This document shows positions 18,173-27,060 of a stretch of DNA of 64,000 bases, one piece after another. Origin of the DNA: Verrucomicrobiota bacterium. Its GTDB lineage: Bacteria; Verrucomicrobiota; Verrucomicrobiia; JABWAM01. Below the pieces are notes generated by a model. It made no database searches, had not been told where the DNA came from, and saw only the letters and a program-made list of their open reading frames with translations. Location: assembly GCA_023269615.1 (NCBI GenBank), contig JAHFSY010000006.1:11033-75032 (forward strand), written 5' to 3'. Each line of letters starts with the position of its first letter. Position 1 is the stretch's first letter. Both the position numbers and the translations under genes were made by a program.

Positions 18173-19245
18173 AGTCCGACTCTGAAACTCCGCGTTTATT
18201 GGGTTATCGTTTCCCGGCCGAATGGGAGTCCCATGCGGCGACATGGTTGACCTGGCCGCGCAAGGATGGGATCAGTTTTCCGGATCGTTATGACAACATT
18301 CCCGAATATTGGGTGACGATGTGCCGTCTGTTGAGCCCGCGCGAGGAGGTGCACATCAATGTATTCGACAAAAAGCACGAGGAAGAAGCGCGCGGGCATT
18401 TGGAGAGAGGAAAACTCAAAGTTGGAGAGAGGATTTTTCTCCATCGTTTCCCCGCCTACGAGCCGTGGTGCCGGGACCATGGGCCGATGTTCTTAAAACA
18501 AATTCCGCGTTCCGCGTTCCGCGTTCCGCGCTCGTCTCTCGCTGTTGTCGACTGGGGTTACAACGCCTGGGGAAACAAATACCCGCCTTGTGATCTGGAT
18601 GATGCGGTGCCCCAGCATGTGGCGAAGTTTTACGACCTGCCGCTTTTTTCGCCTGGCATTGTGATGGAAGGCGGAGCTTTGGAGGTGAATGGGAAAGGGA
18701 CGTTGCTTACCACGGAGAGCTGCCTGCTCAACAAGAACCGCAATCCGGACCTTTCAAAAAAGCAGATTGAGAAATATCTGAAGGATTTTCTTGGTGTGAC
18801 GAATATCCTCTGGCTTGGGGATGGAATTGAGGGGGATGACACGGACGGTCATGTGGATGACCTGACGCGGTTCGTGGACCCGACGACGGTGGTGACGGTG
18901 GTGGAGGAGGACCCGAAGGATGTAAACTACAAGCGGCTGCAGGATAATTTAAAGCGCTTGCGCAGGATGAAGGACCAGGATGGGCGGCCTTTCCGTGTGG
19001 TGGAACTGCCGATGCCCGGCGTGGTGGAATACCAGGGACAGAGATTGCCGGCGAGCTACGCGAATTTTTACATTGCGAACGGGATTGTGCTGCTGCCCGT
19101 GTACGGGCACCGCAACGACCGGGTGGCGCAGGAGATGTTGCAGGCATTGTTTCCGCAGCGGCAGGTGATTGCGATCAACTGCGTGGATTTGATCTGGGGG
19201 TTGGGCGCGTTCCATTGCATTACGCAGCAAATGCCGTTATGTTAG
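18169..19245 (+). CDS. aguA: agmatine deiminase
   Basis: FPAEWE, WLTWP, RDHGP, GGALEVNGKGTLLTTE, DGHVDD, ASYANFYIANG and GAFHCITQQ (catalytic Cys). Contains an in-frame heptamer block at 18503..18531. Confidence 0.85.
   Translation: MKSDSETPRLLGYRFPAEWESHAATWLTWPRKDGISFPDRYDNIPEYWVTMCRLLSPREEVHINVFDKKHEEEARGHLERGKLKVGERIFLHRFPAYEPWCRDHGPMFLKQIPRSAFRVPRSSLAVVDWGYNAWGNKYPPCDLDDAVPQHVAKFYDLPLFSPGIVMEGGALEVNGKGTLLTTESCLLNKNRNPDLSKKQIEKYLKDFLGVTNILWLGDGIEGDDTDGHVDDLTRFVDPTTVVTVVEEDPKDVNYKRLQDNLKRLRRMKDQDGRPFRVVELPMPGVVEYQGQRLPASYANFYIANGIVLLPVYGHRNDRVAQEMLQALFPQRQVIAINCVDLIWGLGAFHCITQQMPLC
18503..18531. repeat. tandem heptamer (TTCCGCG x4) inside the aguA coding sequence
   Basis: ttccgcgttccgcgttccgcgttccgcgc encodes PRSAFRVPRS. 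Confidence 0.85.
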
Positions 19246-19251
19246 GGGCGT

Positions 19252-21054
19252 ATGGAGACAACCCGCACAGGTCCACCCACGCGATGGTTTGCTTACGCCA
19301 TCATCGGATCCATCTTGGTGCATGTGGCGCTTTGGTTCTGGTTTGAACACACGCGCCTTCACCGGATGGCGTTGCCGTCGTATGAGAAACTGATGCTGCG
19401 CAAGTTCAAGCTCGAGCGCGTGGAGATCAACCCGAAGTGGAACGAGCCCAAGATGCCGCCGCCCCAGCACGTCTCTGTGACACCGGGACCCGACCGCGCC
19501 ACGCTCACGCCGACCGAGGAGAAGCGGTCCTTTGCCAGGATGCTTTCCGATGCGCCGTCCTCGCCCACGCTACCTGCGGGCTCGCCGGATATCCCGCAAC
19601 ACAAACCCGTCCCTGTGGTGGGCTCGCCTGACACGGCCGCCCTCGACGCCTCGATCCGCTCGCAGCTCGACCAGCAGCTCCAGGCGACGCGCGAGGAACA
19701 GTTCAACAAGTCAGCCAAGGCCTCGGCGAACGCGGGTCGCCCCCTTCTCAACTCCCCCGGAACGCCGGTGGCGCCCAGGTCCGGCTCCACCGAGGTGGGT
19801 TTGCCCACGCAGGGCAAGATTGGGCCGAGCGCAGGACCCGTGGTGGGAGAGGGTCTCAGCGGCTATACGGGATCGAGTCATCTGGAGGATTTTTTTGGAG
19901 CCGGCGGACTCCCGCCGCCCCCACCGCCCCCACCGCCCCCCGACAAGCCAAAAGTGACCGACACCACCGCGCTGGTGCCGCAGAGTTTGTTGAAGGACAA
20001 GCCGGTGACCACGCAGAAATTCGACTCGCTGAATCAATTCCTGAACGTCGAGCTTTTTACATACGAGCGTCCCGGCGCATCCGGCAAGGCGGAAGGATAT
20101 TTTCTCATCCGCATTTCGGCGAAGCCGAACCAGCAGCTGAACGTGATCCCGAAAGACGTGTATTTCATCATGGACGTGTCGAGCAGCATGGGCAGCGGTC
20201 GCATGGAGGCGGGCAGGGCGACCATCCTTGCGGCAATCGCCCAGTTGAATCCAGCCGACCGCTACAAGGTGATGGTGTTTCGCGACAAGCTGACGGCGTT
20301 TCGTCCCGACTGGACACCGGCAGCACATCCTGCGGCTGACGAGTTGAAGGAGTGGCTGGCGAAAATTGATTCGGGGGGCGTCACTGACTTTTATGACGGG
20401 CTGCGGCCGTTGACCGAGCACAAGCGCGAGGCGGGGCGGATGGCGATGGCGATGGTGTTGAGCGACGGGGTGCCGACGAAGGGATTGCTCGACAGCACGC
20501 AGATCATCGCGGACCTCTCGGAAGCGAACAACGACCGGTCATCCATCTTCACATTGAGCAGCGGCGTGGATGTGAACAACTTCCTGCTCGACCTGCTTTC
20601 CTACGGAAACCAGGGGCGCCTGCGTTACTCGAAGGACGTGGGGGCGTCGGCGCAAAGCTTCGGCGAGATGGTCCAGCAGGTGCGTAATCCGTTGTTTCTG
20701 AATCTGCGATTTCGTTTTGCGGGCGTGGAGGGGACGCAGGTTTATCCACAGAACCTGCCGAATTTGTACCAGGACAGCCCGCTGCTGCTTCTGGGCCGGT
20801 ACACGCCCGGGCAGACCGCGCCCATCAGCCTGCAGATTCTGGGAGAGAGCTTGAATTCGACCAAGGAGCTGCTTGTCCAGCTGCCGATTCCAAAGACTCC
20901 CCAGGGTCCCGAAATTTTGCCGTCCGAGTGGGCCCGCCAGCGAATTTACGATGTGCTCAGCCGCATGACGCGCTCCCGTCCCAGCCAGGACCGCATCATG
21001 GGCGAGGTGCGGAGGCTGAGCGAGGAGTACAAGGTGGAAGTGCCTTATTTCTGA
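19252..21054 (+). CDS. membrane-anchored VWA domain protein with Pro-rich linker
   Basis: N-terminal TM segment, PPPPPPPPPP linker, and VWA MIDAS region VYFIMDVSSSMGSGR...LSDGVPT. Confidence 0.7.
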   Translation: METTRTGPPTRWFAYAIIGSILVHVALWFWFEHTRLHRMALPSYEKLMLRKFKLERVEINPKWNEPKMPPPQHVSVTPGPDRATLTPTEEKRSFARMLSDAPSSPTLPAGSPDIPQHKPVPVVGSPDTAALDASIRSQLDQQLQATREEQFNKSAKASANAGRPLLNSPGTPVAPRSGSTEVGLPTQGKIGPSAGPVVGEGLSGYTGSSHLEDFFGAGGLPPPPPPPPPPDKPKVTDTTALVPQSLLKDKPVTTQKFDSLNQFLNVELFTYERPGASGKAEGYFLIRISAKPNQQLNVIPKDVYFIMDVSSSMGSGRMEAGRATILAAIAQLNPADRYKVMVFRDKLTAFRPDWTPAAHPAADELKEWLAKIDSGGVTDFYDGLRPLTEHKREAGRMAMAMVLSDGVPTKGLLDSTQIIADLSEANNDRSSIFTLSSGVDVNNFLLDLLSYGNQGRLRYSKDVGASAQSFGEMVQQVRNPLFLNLRFRFAGVEGTQVYPQNLPNLYQDSPLLLLGRYTPGQTAPISLQILGESLNSTKELLVQLPIPKTPQGPEILPSEWARQRIYDVLSRMTRSRPSQDRIMGEVRRLSEEYKVEVPYF

Positions 21055-21137
21055 TTTGAGATTTGAAATTTCAAATTTGAGATTGGCGGAGAGGGTCATT
21101 CGACGGAATTTCGGATTGCGGATTTCGGATTGCGGAA
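21054..21137. repeat. two tandem heptamer blocks (ATTTGAG-type at 21054..21085; GGATTGC-type at 21107..21137)
   Basis: gatttgagatttgaaatttcaaatttgagatt contains the palindrome ATTTGAAATTTCAAAT. ggaatttcggattgcggatttcggattgcggaacg matches copies at 39128 and 39613. Confidence 0.8.
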
Positions 21138-21150
21138 CGAAAGTCGGGGG

Positions 21151-21843
21151 ATGGCGGATGATGCGCAACTTTTGATTTCGGAGATTTATCTCAGCGTGCA
21201 GGGGGAGTCCACGCACGCGGGGTTGCCTTGCGTGTTTGTGCGGCTGACCGGATGCGATTTGCGATGCACGTATTGCGATTCCGCGTACGCGTTCAAGGGC
21301 GGAACAAAAATGGCGGTGCAGGATGTGGTCCGGAAGACGCTGGCGCTGGATTGTCCACTGGTGGAGATCACGGGGGGAGAACCCTTGTTGCAGAAGAACG
21401 TGCTGCCGCTGATGAAGCAGCTATGCGACGCGGGGAAAACCGTGCTGCTTGAGACGAGTGGCGCGCATGATGTTTCGAAGGTGGATCCGCGTGTCGTGAA
21501 GATTGTGGATTTCAAATGCCCGTCGAGCGGTGAATCGAGTCGCAACCTTCCAGCCAACCTGGCGCATTTGCGGCCGACAGATGAAATAAAGTTCGTGATT
21601 GGGACGCGGGAGGATTTCGAGTGGGCACGGGACCATGTGCGACGCCACATGTTGGATCGCAAGGTGAAGGCCGTGCTGTTTTCACCCGTTTTCAAGACGG
21701 CGGCCGCGACGGGGGAGACGAAAGGCCATGAAGGACTTGATCCCGAATTGCTCGTGAAATGGATTCTTGAGGAAAAAATACCGGTGCGGTTTCAGCTCCA
21801 GATTCACAAGTTCATCTGGGAGCCGACGTTGCGGGGAGTCTGA
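21151..21843 (+). CDS. queE: 7-carboxy-7-deazaguanine synthase (radical SAM)
   Basis: ISEIYLSVQGESTHAG, CDLRCTYCDS and ITGGEPLLQ. GGGGG sits before ATG 21151. Confidence 0.8.
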   Translation: MADDAQLLISEIYLSVQGESTHAGLPCVFVRLTGCDLRCTYCDSAYAFKGGTKMAVQDVVRKTLALDCPLVEITGGEPLLQKNVLPLMKQLCDAGKTVLLETSGAHDVSKVDPRVVKIVDFKCPSSGESSRNLPANLAHLRPTDEIKFVIGTREDFEWARDHVRRHMLDRKVKAVLFSPVFKTAAATGETKGHEGLDPELLVKWILEEKIPVRFQLQIHKFIWEPTLRGV

Positions 21844-21849
21844 AGGGAA

Positions 21850-22803
21850 TCAGAATTTCCAGAAGAATTTGATTTCACCGCCGGCGTTGGCAACCTTGTA
21901 ATCGCGGGTGGAGTTTACAGAGTTGTCGTAGCTGGCGAGGCTGAAGCCGCTGACCTGCAGCCATGGAAGGGGTTGCCAGACGGTCTGGAGGATCACGCTG
22001 CTCACCCATTCCTGGCGTCCATTCACGGGCAGGGCGGGGGGGCGGAAATCGTAAAACTGGTAATTCTGGCGGATCACGAGTTGGGAGAGGAGGTTGGACA
22101 TCCAGCTGTAGCCCGTTCCCATGTACACGGTGTGCTCGTCCCGCTCGAAGCCAACCGGGTTGGTAAATTTATGGTCGTACTCGTACCCGTAAAACCAGGT
22201 CAGGCGGTTGTCGAGATAGTTGTGGGACTGGGAGATGGTGGCGTACGGGTTGTTCTCACGGTACACCTCCACGCCCTGATGCGGAGCGGTGAGCCAGAGT
22301 CCGCGAACTCCGGTGCCGATCTGGAATTCCCACGGGAGCTTGTATGTGGTGCCGAATTCGGTGCTGTTCGCGTCGGTGTCGAGTGCCGGGTTTTCATCAT
22401 AGCGCGTGAGCTGGTAGTTGTAGCCGGCGAAGATCTGCCAGTCGCTGCTGAAGCGATAGCCGGCATTCAAGCCCTGGGTTTCGGTAAAAATGGTGTCCCC
22501 CTTTTCACTCTTGTTGGCGAGAAGCGCGTTGCTCGTCCAATATCCGCGCGCCGAGGCGAATGGCGTGACATACCAGGACTTGGAACGCTGGAGGGTGAGG
22601 ATTTTACCGAACTCGTCATCGTCACCGTCGAATTCCGCGTCAACCTCCCTGAGTCCCGGCAAAGCCTGTTGCTGAAGTTGCTTGTTTTTGATCTGGGCAT
22701 CCGGGTTCGGGCTGTTTTGAGCGAGAAGGCTGGAGGACAGCCACGCCACAAAAACAAGGGAGGCAAGATGGGGGCGGATGAAGGCAGGAGAGCGCATTTT
22801 CAT
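21850..22803 (-). CDS. putative outer-membrane beta-barrel protein
   Basis: Signal peptide from MKMRSPAFIRPHLASLVFVAWLSSSLLA, alternating aromatic pattern, and C-terminal KFFWKF. Confidence 0.55.
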   Translation of the reverse strand: MKMRSPAFIRPHLASLVFVAWLSSSLLAQNSPNPDAQIKNKQLQQQALPGLREVDAEFDGDDDEFGKILTLQRSKSWYVTPFASARGYWTSNALLANKSEKGDTIFTETQGLNAGYRFSSDWQIFAGYNYQLTRYDENPALDTDANSTEFGTTYKLPWEFQIGTGVRGLWLTAPHQGVEVYRENNPYATISQSHNYLDNRLTWFYGYEYDHKFTNPVGFERDEHTVYMGTGYSWMSNLLSQLVIRQNYQFYDFRPPALPVNGRQEWVSSVILQTVWQPLPWLQVSGFSLASYDNSVNSTRDYKVANAGGEIKFFWKF

Positions 22804-22843
22804 AGGCAAGAGTTGTACGCGTTGTAAAATTTCCATCGCAACG

Positions 22844-23989
22844 TCACTGGCGGGTGCCGCTGATGAGCTTGTCCTGGACGATGGGATCCGCGGGTGTGGT
22901 CAGCGTGCCCTGGAATGAATTTTGATTGTATGTTCCCTGACTGGCGGAGCCGCCAGAGCCGGTGGTCGTAAATGTTCCGTCGTTGTTGAGCTGGCCCGTA
23001 AATGTGAACCCAAAACCGTTGTCCGTTCCCACACCCGTCAACAGCCCGCTGTCTGAAACGGTGGTGACGAATGTTCCTGTGAGTGCACCAGGAGACGGAC
23101 CGCTTGGGCCTTGAACGCTGCGTCCCAGAAAGATGCCTCCAAAACGACTGGTGGCTGTCGATTGAACATTGATGGCACTGCTGCCGGTGACCTGTGCCGA
23201 CAGATTGCCATCCGCCTTGGCCACAACCTGGGCGCCTCCCTCTAATTCGCCGCTCTTGATTTCCGCCTGCTGCTTGACTTCGGTGCCATGGATTTCCTTC
23301 ACCGCACTCTCCGGCAGTTTGCTTTGGAATCCACCTTCCGCGTTCAACAGCGTGCTGGATTGCACAAAAACATCCACCGCGATGGTCAGGGGATCGGGCA
23401 GCCTGACGTCCATGGGATCAATGGTGATCATCTCACCCTGCTTCAGAGTTCGCTTTTCGCCGGTTTTAATCGAGGTGACGGTCACTGGCCCGCGCTCATC
23501 CTGGGAAAGGGCAACCACCTGGGTCACGCCCTTTTCGTCCACGCGCATGGCCACGACGTCGCCCAGGACGGCCACAGTCGCGGCGGGCGAGGAGATGGTG
23601 GCGCCCGAGAGATTGGGGGGGATATGGATGAGTGCCGAGCCCTTGCGCACTTCCATCTTGCGAGAGGTGGGATCAAAGCTGAAAATGGTGTTGGAGCCGA
23701 GGCGCGCGAGCGACTTGTCGGTGAATTCCAGCTCCGCCCGTGATTTCTTGTCCGTGCGGATGAAGTCATTTCCGGCAACGACATCTTTTTCAACAGCAGG
23801 ACGCTCTTCAAATTTGCTTTTTTCCACCTCCTTGCCAAGAAACACGTTGTTGTGCTTTTCGACCACGGTGGCAGACTTCAAGGGGCGCCCTTCAGCTGCG
23901 ACGACGGGATTCAGGGTTGACGCAAAAAGGCCCAGGGCGAAAACCCACAGGAAGGGATTTTTCTTCAGATGAAAGGTGGATGTTTGCAT
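22844..23989 (-). CDS. secreted FecR-domain protein with Gly/Thr-rich C-terminal region
   Basis: Signal peptide MQTSTFHLKKNPFLWVFALGLFASTLNPVVAAEG. FecR-like block RLGSNTIFSF...GSALIHIPP...VLGDVVAMRV. Confidence 0.55.
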   Translation of the reverse strand: MQTSTFHLKKNPFLWVFALGLFASTLNPVVAAEGRPLKSATVVEKHNNVFLGKEVEKSKFEERPAVEKDVVAGNDFIRTDKKSRAELEFTDKSLARLGSNTIFSFDPTSRKMEVRKGSALIHIPPNLSGATISSPAATVAVLGDVVAMRVDEKGVTQVVALSQDERGPVTVTSIKTGEKRTLKQGEMITIDPMDVRLPDPLTIAVDVFVQSSTLLNAEGGFQSKLPESAVKEIHGTEVKQQAEIKSGELEGGAQVVAKADGNLSAQVTGSSAINVQSTATSRFGGIFLGRSVQGPSGPSPGALTGTFVTTVSDSGLLTGVGTDNGFGFTFTGQLNNDGTFTTTGSGGSASQGTYNQNSFQGTLTTPADPIVQDKLISGTRQ

Positions 23990-24094
23990 GGCAATCCTCC
24001 GAAACGGGCATGAATTAAAGTTGTTAAATCGTTGGCTTGCAAGCACATTTACGCACACAAGTTGGTCGCCCTTCTTCCATCCAGGACAGGTTCC

Positions 24095-26833
24095 ATGCCA
24101 TTTCAAATGCCAAGGTGCGTGTGCGCGATTCAAGCGCTGGCCATTCTTTTTCTACTGTTGGAGATTCCGGCCATTCAGGCCGTTCCGGATGAGCGCAAGA
24201 TCTCCGAGGCGATTGCACAACTCGGGTCGGACACGCTGAAAGTGCGCGAGGATGCGACTCGTTTTCTCTGGGAGGCCGGCCGGGCGGCTGGGCCGGCGTT
24301 GCGCGAGGCGATGAAGAGTCCGGATGCCGAGGTGGCGTGGCGGGCGCGGCAGGTGCTCGAGCAACTCGAGTGCGGGATTCGTCCAGACACACCCGAGGAC
24401 ATCCAGAAGCTGGCACGCAAATATCGCACAGGCGATCGTGCCGCAAAAGAAGCTGTAGCGGCGGAACTGGCCGGAATGAAGGGCAGTGGGTATGCAGTGC
24501 TGCTGGCCATCCTTGCCTTGGAAAAGGACGACGATTTGCGACGGGAACTGGTAAACCGGTACATCGACCAGTTGTTTGGCACGGTGTCAGAGCACATGCT
24601 TGCCGGCGATGATGAACGCGCAGAAGCGATGATCGAGCTGGCTCTCGATTTTTCCCATGACCAGGCGCTTGATTATTACCCGGTTTTTTTCCTGACGCAT
24701 GGATCGTTGGACGGGAAAATTCATCAATTCCAGGTGGAGATGGAGAAATCCCCGAGCACGTGCACCGCGAGGGCTCTTGCGTATTTGCAGCGAATGGGCG
24801 GCGATTCGAAAGGCGCGTTGCAGATGGCTGAGAAAAGCGACGATGCAGCTTTGGTTCGATCCATTCTTTTCGAGCTCGGCGATTGGAAAAGGCTCGCGGA
24901 GATGCAGGCGAAAGCGGCTGTTGGGCCAGATGAAATCGCGAAACGCAAATTGACAGGAAATTTTCAGGGGATGTTTGGAAATAATCGTGAGGATCTCGAA
25001 AATGCCATCCACGTCGAGCAGCTTGGCTTTCTCGCAGCGTACCAGCGATTGGCGGGGAACGCCGAGGATGCCTCGAAGACGCTTGCACAAATTCAAAAGT
25101 CCAATGGTAAAGGAGCTTTGATCCAACTTGCCGCCCGCGGGCTCTTTTTGAACGAGCGCCCCACCGAAGCCATGGCCCTGCTGATTCAGAACAAGCAATA
25201 TGCCCAGGCATTCGACATGATGTCCGTGCAGATGCGGTACCGTGAGGCAATTGGCGTGCTGGAAAAAGCGCGGAATGAGATGGTGGGGGATGAGCTTTTT
25301 GCGATGGAGCTCCGCGCGGCGCGAATGTGGTGCGTACTGGGGGAGAAGGAAAAGGCTGCGGCGATCCTGGCGAAACTCGGAGCTGATGAGAAGAACAAGG
25401 CCAGTTTCGAAAAGACCCTTTATATCCTGTCCCTGGAGTCCGAGTCAGGACTGAGGGAGCAGGCGGTGAATCGCTTCATCGCGGCGTTTCCTGTGTTCAA
25501 TGATGAGCAGGGCGCAAAAGCCCTGCTTGGCGAGATGGTCTTCCGCCGCGGCTTGCAGGCCGACCATCCTTGGCGGACCTCGCATTCAAGGACTCCCGCC
25601 CCCGACGCAGCGTATTGGTGGAACCTCTTTCGTAAAAAATATCGATCGGAAGATCCCCGCGTTACAATGAAACGGGTGATGGACCTGATGAACCAGCTGG
25701 TTGCAGGCCGGGAATTGGAAGCATTGGTTGCGGAAGCCGAGACGGCAGCCGTCGGGTTGACGGCGGTACAGCAGGCTGAGTGGTTTAACGGAATTGCGGA
25801 GATCTTTCTTGCAACGGGGAATGAAGAAGCCGCCCTGGCTTATTTCAAGAAGTCGGACAAGGTCCTCCCCATCAGTGCCACGAGCACGGAGGTGGCGGAC
25901 ATTCTGGCAAAGCAAAAAAAATGGAAGGACGCGGTGGAATGGTATGCGCATGCAGGACAAGAGCAGCATCACACACCCAGCACGGTGTGGTTGCGCGGCT
26001 GGGCGCTTGAACAGGATGGGCAAAAAGAGGAGGGGCAGCGGCTCATGAACCTGGCCCATCAGATTTCTTTCGATCCAAGCGTAAGGCATGGACTGGCTGA
26101 CACCATGGTTGCGAGGGGATTCCCCGACGTGGCGTTTCGAGAGTACGAAGTCATCACGCGGATGGGCCAGCTCACAGAGTCCTGGTCCATCGGCTTCGCG
26201 ATGGAGCAGCTCACCAACGCGGCCATCCGCAAGAAGGATTTTGCAGCCGCGACTCACCTTTACCAACGACGCCTTCTCAACTTTCTCCATGCGGACGCCT
26301 ATGTCTCGAACGAATTGGGATTGATCGCGCCGAACTTCCTTCATTCCCTCATGGGACGCGAACATCTCGCAAAGGGAAGATTGGATGAGGCGATCCAGGA
26401 AGCCCGGAAGTGCCTCGATTTCATGCCGGGCGATACCGAGACCATCAACGCGATCGTGCCCGCACTCGAGAAGGCCGGGCGGAAAAAGGATGCCGATGAG
26501 ATGTTTTCCGGGGTGTTCGATCTTTACGACAAATTGTGCGTGGAGTATCCGAAATCGGCGATGCTCCACAACAACGTCGCGTGGATGGCTTCGCGCTGTC
26601 ATCGGGTTCTGGACCAGGCGCTGGCCCATGCGCAGAAGGCGGTCGAGCTGGAGCCGGACAATGCGGCGTATCTCGACACGCTGGCCGAGGTGCGCTTCCA
26701 GCGCGGCGAGAAGGACGCAGCCGTTGATTTGATGAAGCGATGCATCAAGATCGACGCGAAGAATGAATATTTTCAGAAACAACTGAAGCGGTTTGAGGCC
26801 GGGGATTTGGCCGTGCCGAATCCGCAGGAGTGA
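24095..26833 (+). CDS. large secreted TPR/HEAT-like repeat protein
   Basis: Signal-like N-terminus and helical repeats throughout. Clear TPR units at the C-terminus (NNVAWMASRC...ALAHAQKAVELEPDNAAYLDTLAEVRFQRGEKDAAV). Confidence 0.65.
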   Translation: MPFQMPRCVCAIQALAILFLLLEIPAIQAVPDERKISEAIAQLGSDTLKVREDATRFLWEAGRAAGPALREAMKSPDAEVAWRARQVLEQLECGIRPDTPEDIQKLARKYRTGDRAAKEAVAAELAGMKGSGYAVLLAILALEKDDDLRRELVNRYIDQLFGTVSEHMLAGDDERAEAMIELALDFSHDQALDYYPVFFLTHGSLDGKIHQFQVEMEKSPSTCTARALAYLQRMGGDSKGALQMAEKSDDAALVRSILFELGDWKRLAEMQAKAAVGPDEIAKRKLTGNFQGMFGNNREDLENAIHVEQLGFLAAYQRLAGNAEDASKTLAQIQKSNGKGALIQLAARGLFLNERPTEAMALLIQNKQYAQAFDMMSVQMRYREAIGVLEKARNEMVGDELFAMELRAARMWCVLGEKEKAAAILAKLGADEKNKASFEKTLYILSLESESGLREQAVNRFIAAFPVFNDEQGAKALLGEMVFRRGLQADHPWRTSHSRTPAPDAAYWWNLFRKKYRSEDPRVTMKRVMDLMNQLVAGRELEALVAEAETAAVGLTAVQQAEWFNGIAEIFLATGNEEAALAYFKKSDKVLPISATSTEVADILAKQKKWKDAVEWYAHAGQEQHHTPSTVWLRGWALEQDGQKEEGQRLMNLAHQISFDPSVRHGLADTMVARGFPDVAFREYEVITRMGQLTESWSIGFAMEQLTNAAIRKKDFAAATHLYQRRLLNFLHADAYVSNELGLIAPNFLHSLMGREHLAKGRLDEAIQEARKCLDFMPGDTETINAIVPALEKAGRKKDADEMFSGVFDLYDKLCVEYPKSAMLHNNVAWMASRCHRVLDQALAHAQKAVELEPDNAAYLDTLAEVRFQRGEKDAAVDLMKRCIKIDAKNEYFQKQLKRFEAGDLAVPNPQE

Positions 26834-26840
26834 AAAGGGG

Positions 26841-26874
26841 AAGCTGCAAGCCACAAGCTTTAAGCCTTAAGCTG
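26841..26874. repeat. tandem heptamer block (AAGCTGC AAGCCAC AAGCTTT AAGCCTT AAGCTG)
   Basis: Read directly. Related block at 43211..43245. Confidence 0.8.
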
Positions 26875-26927
26875 TTCATGAAAAACATGAGGAGCCTGCA
26901 GCATATTCATCGCGTGATCGGCGATGA

Positions 26928-26959
26928 CGACCTTTTGTCGCATATGCGATAAAAGGTCG
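26928..26959. repeat. 32-nt palindrome CGACCTTTTGTCGCAT|ATGCGATAAAAGGTCG (family copy 1)
   Basis: 16-nt arms with one G-T position. Related copies at 49151..49174 and 49223..49256. Confidence 0.8.
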
Positions 26960-27060
26960 CATGGTTGTTATGATGGAAAATGCGGAGGCCAAATTCTTGC
27001 GAATTCGGCTACGGCGAAAAGGCTCGCGATGGAAATCGAAACCTGCAAATTTCATTGGAT

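Noticed and set aside
21055-21129. Read-through or UGA recoding between the VWA gene (ends 21054) and queE, which are in the same frame
   Set aside because: The spacer is repeat DNA. The VWA protein ends with a natural C-terminus, and queE has its own SD and ATG at 21151.
21054-21150. PreQ1 riboswitch upstream of queE
   Set aside because: The region consists of the two heptamer repeat blocks. I could not recognise the preQ1-I/II/III consensus (no conserved stem plus A-rich tail arrangement).
24024-26854. Long minus-strand ORFs (24024..25250, 408 aa; 25586..26854, 422 aa) opposite the TPR protein gene
   Set aside because: Their composition is dominated by Pro, Arg and Ser, they show no motifs, and they fully overlap a plus-strand gene with clear TPR repeats and a signal peptide. 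These are antisense artefacts of high GC content.
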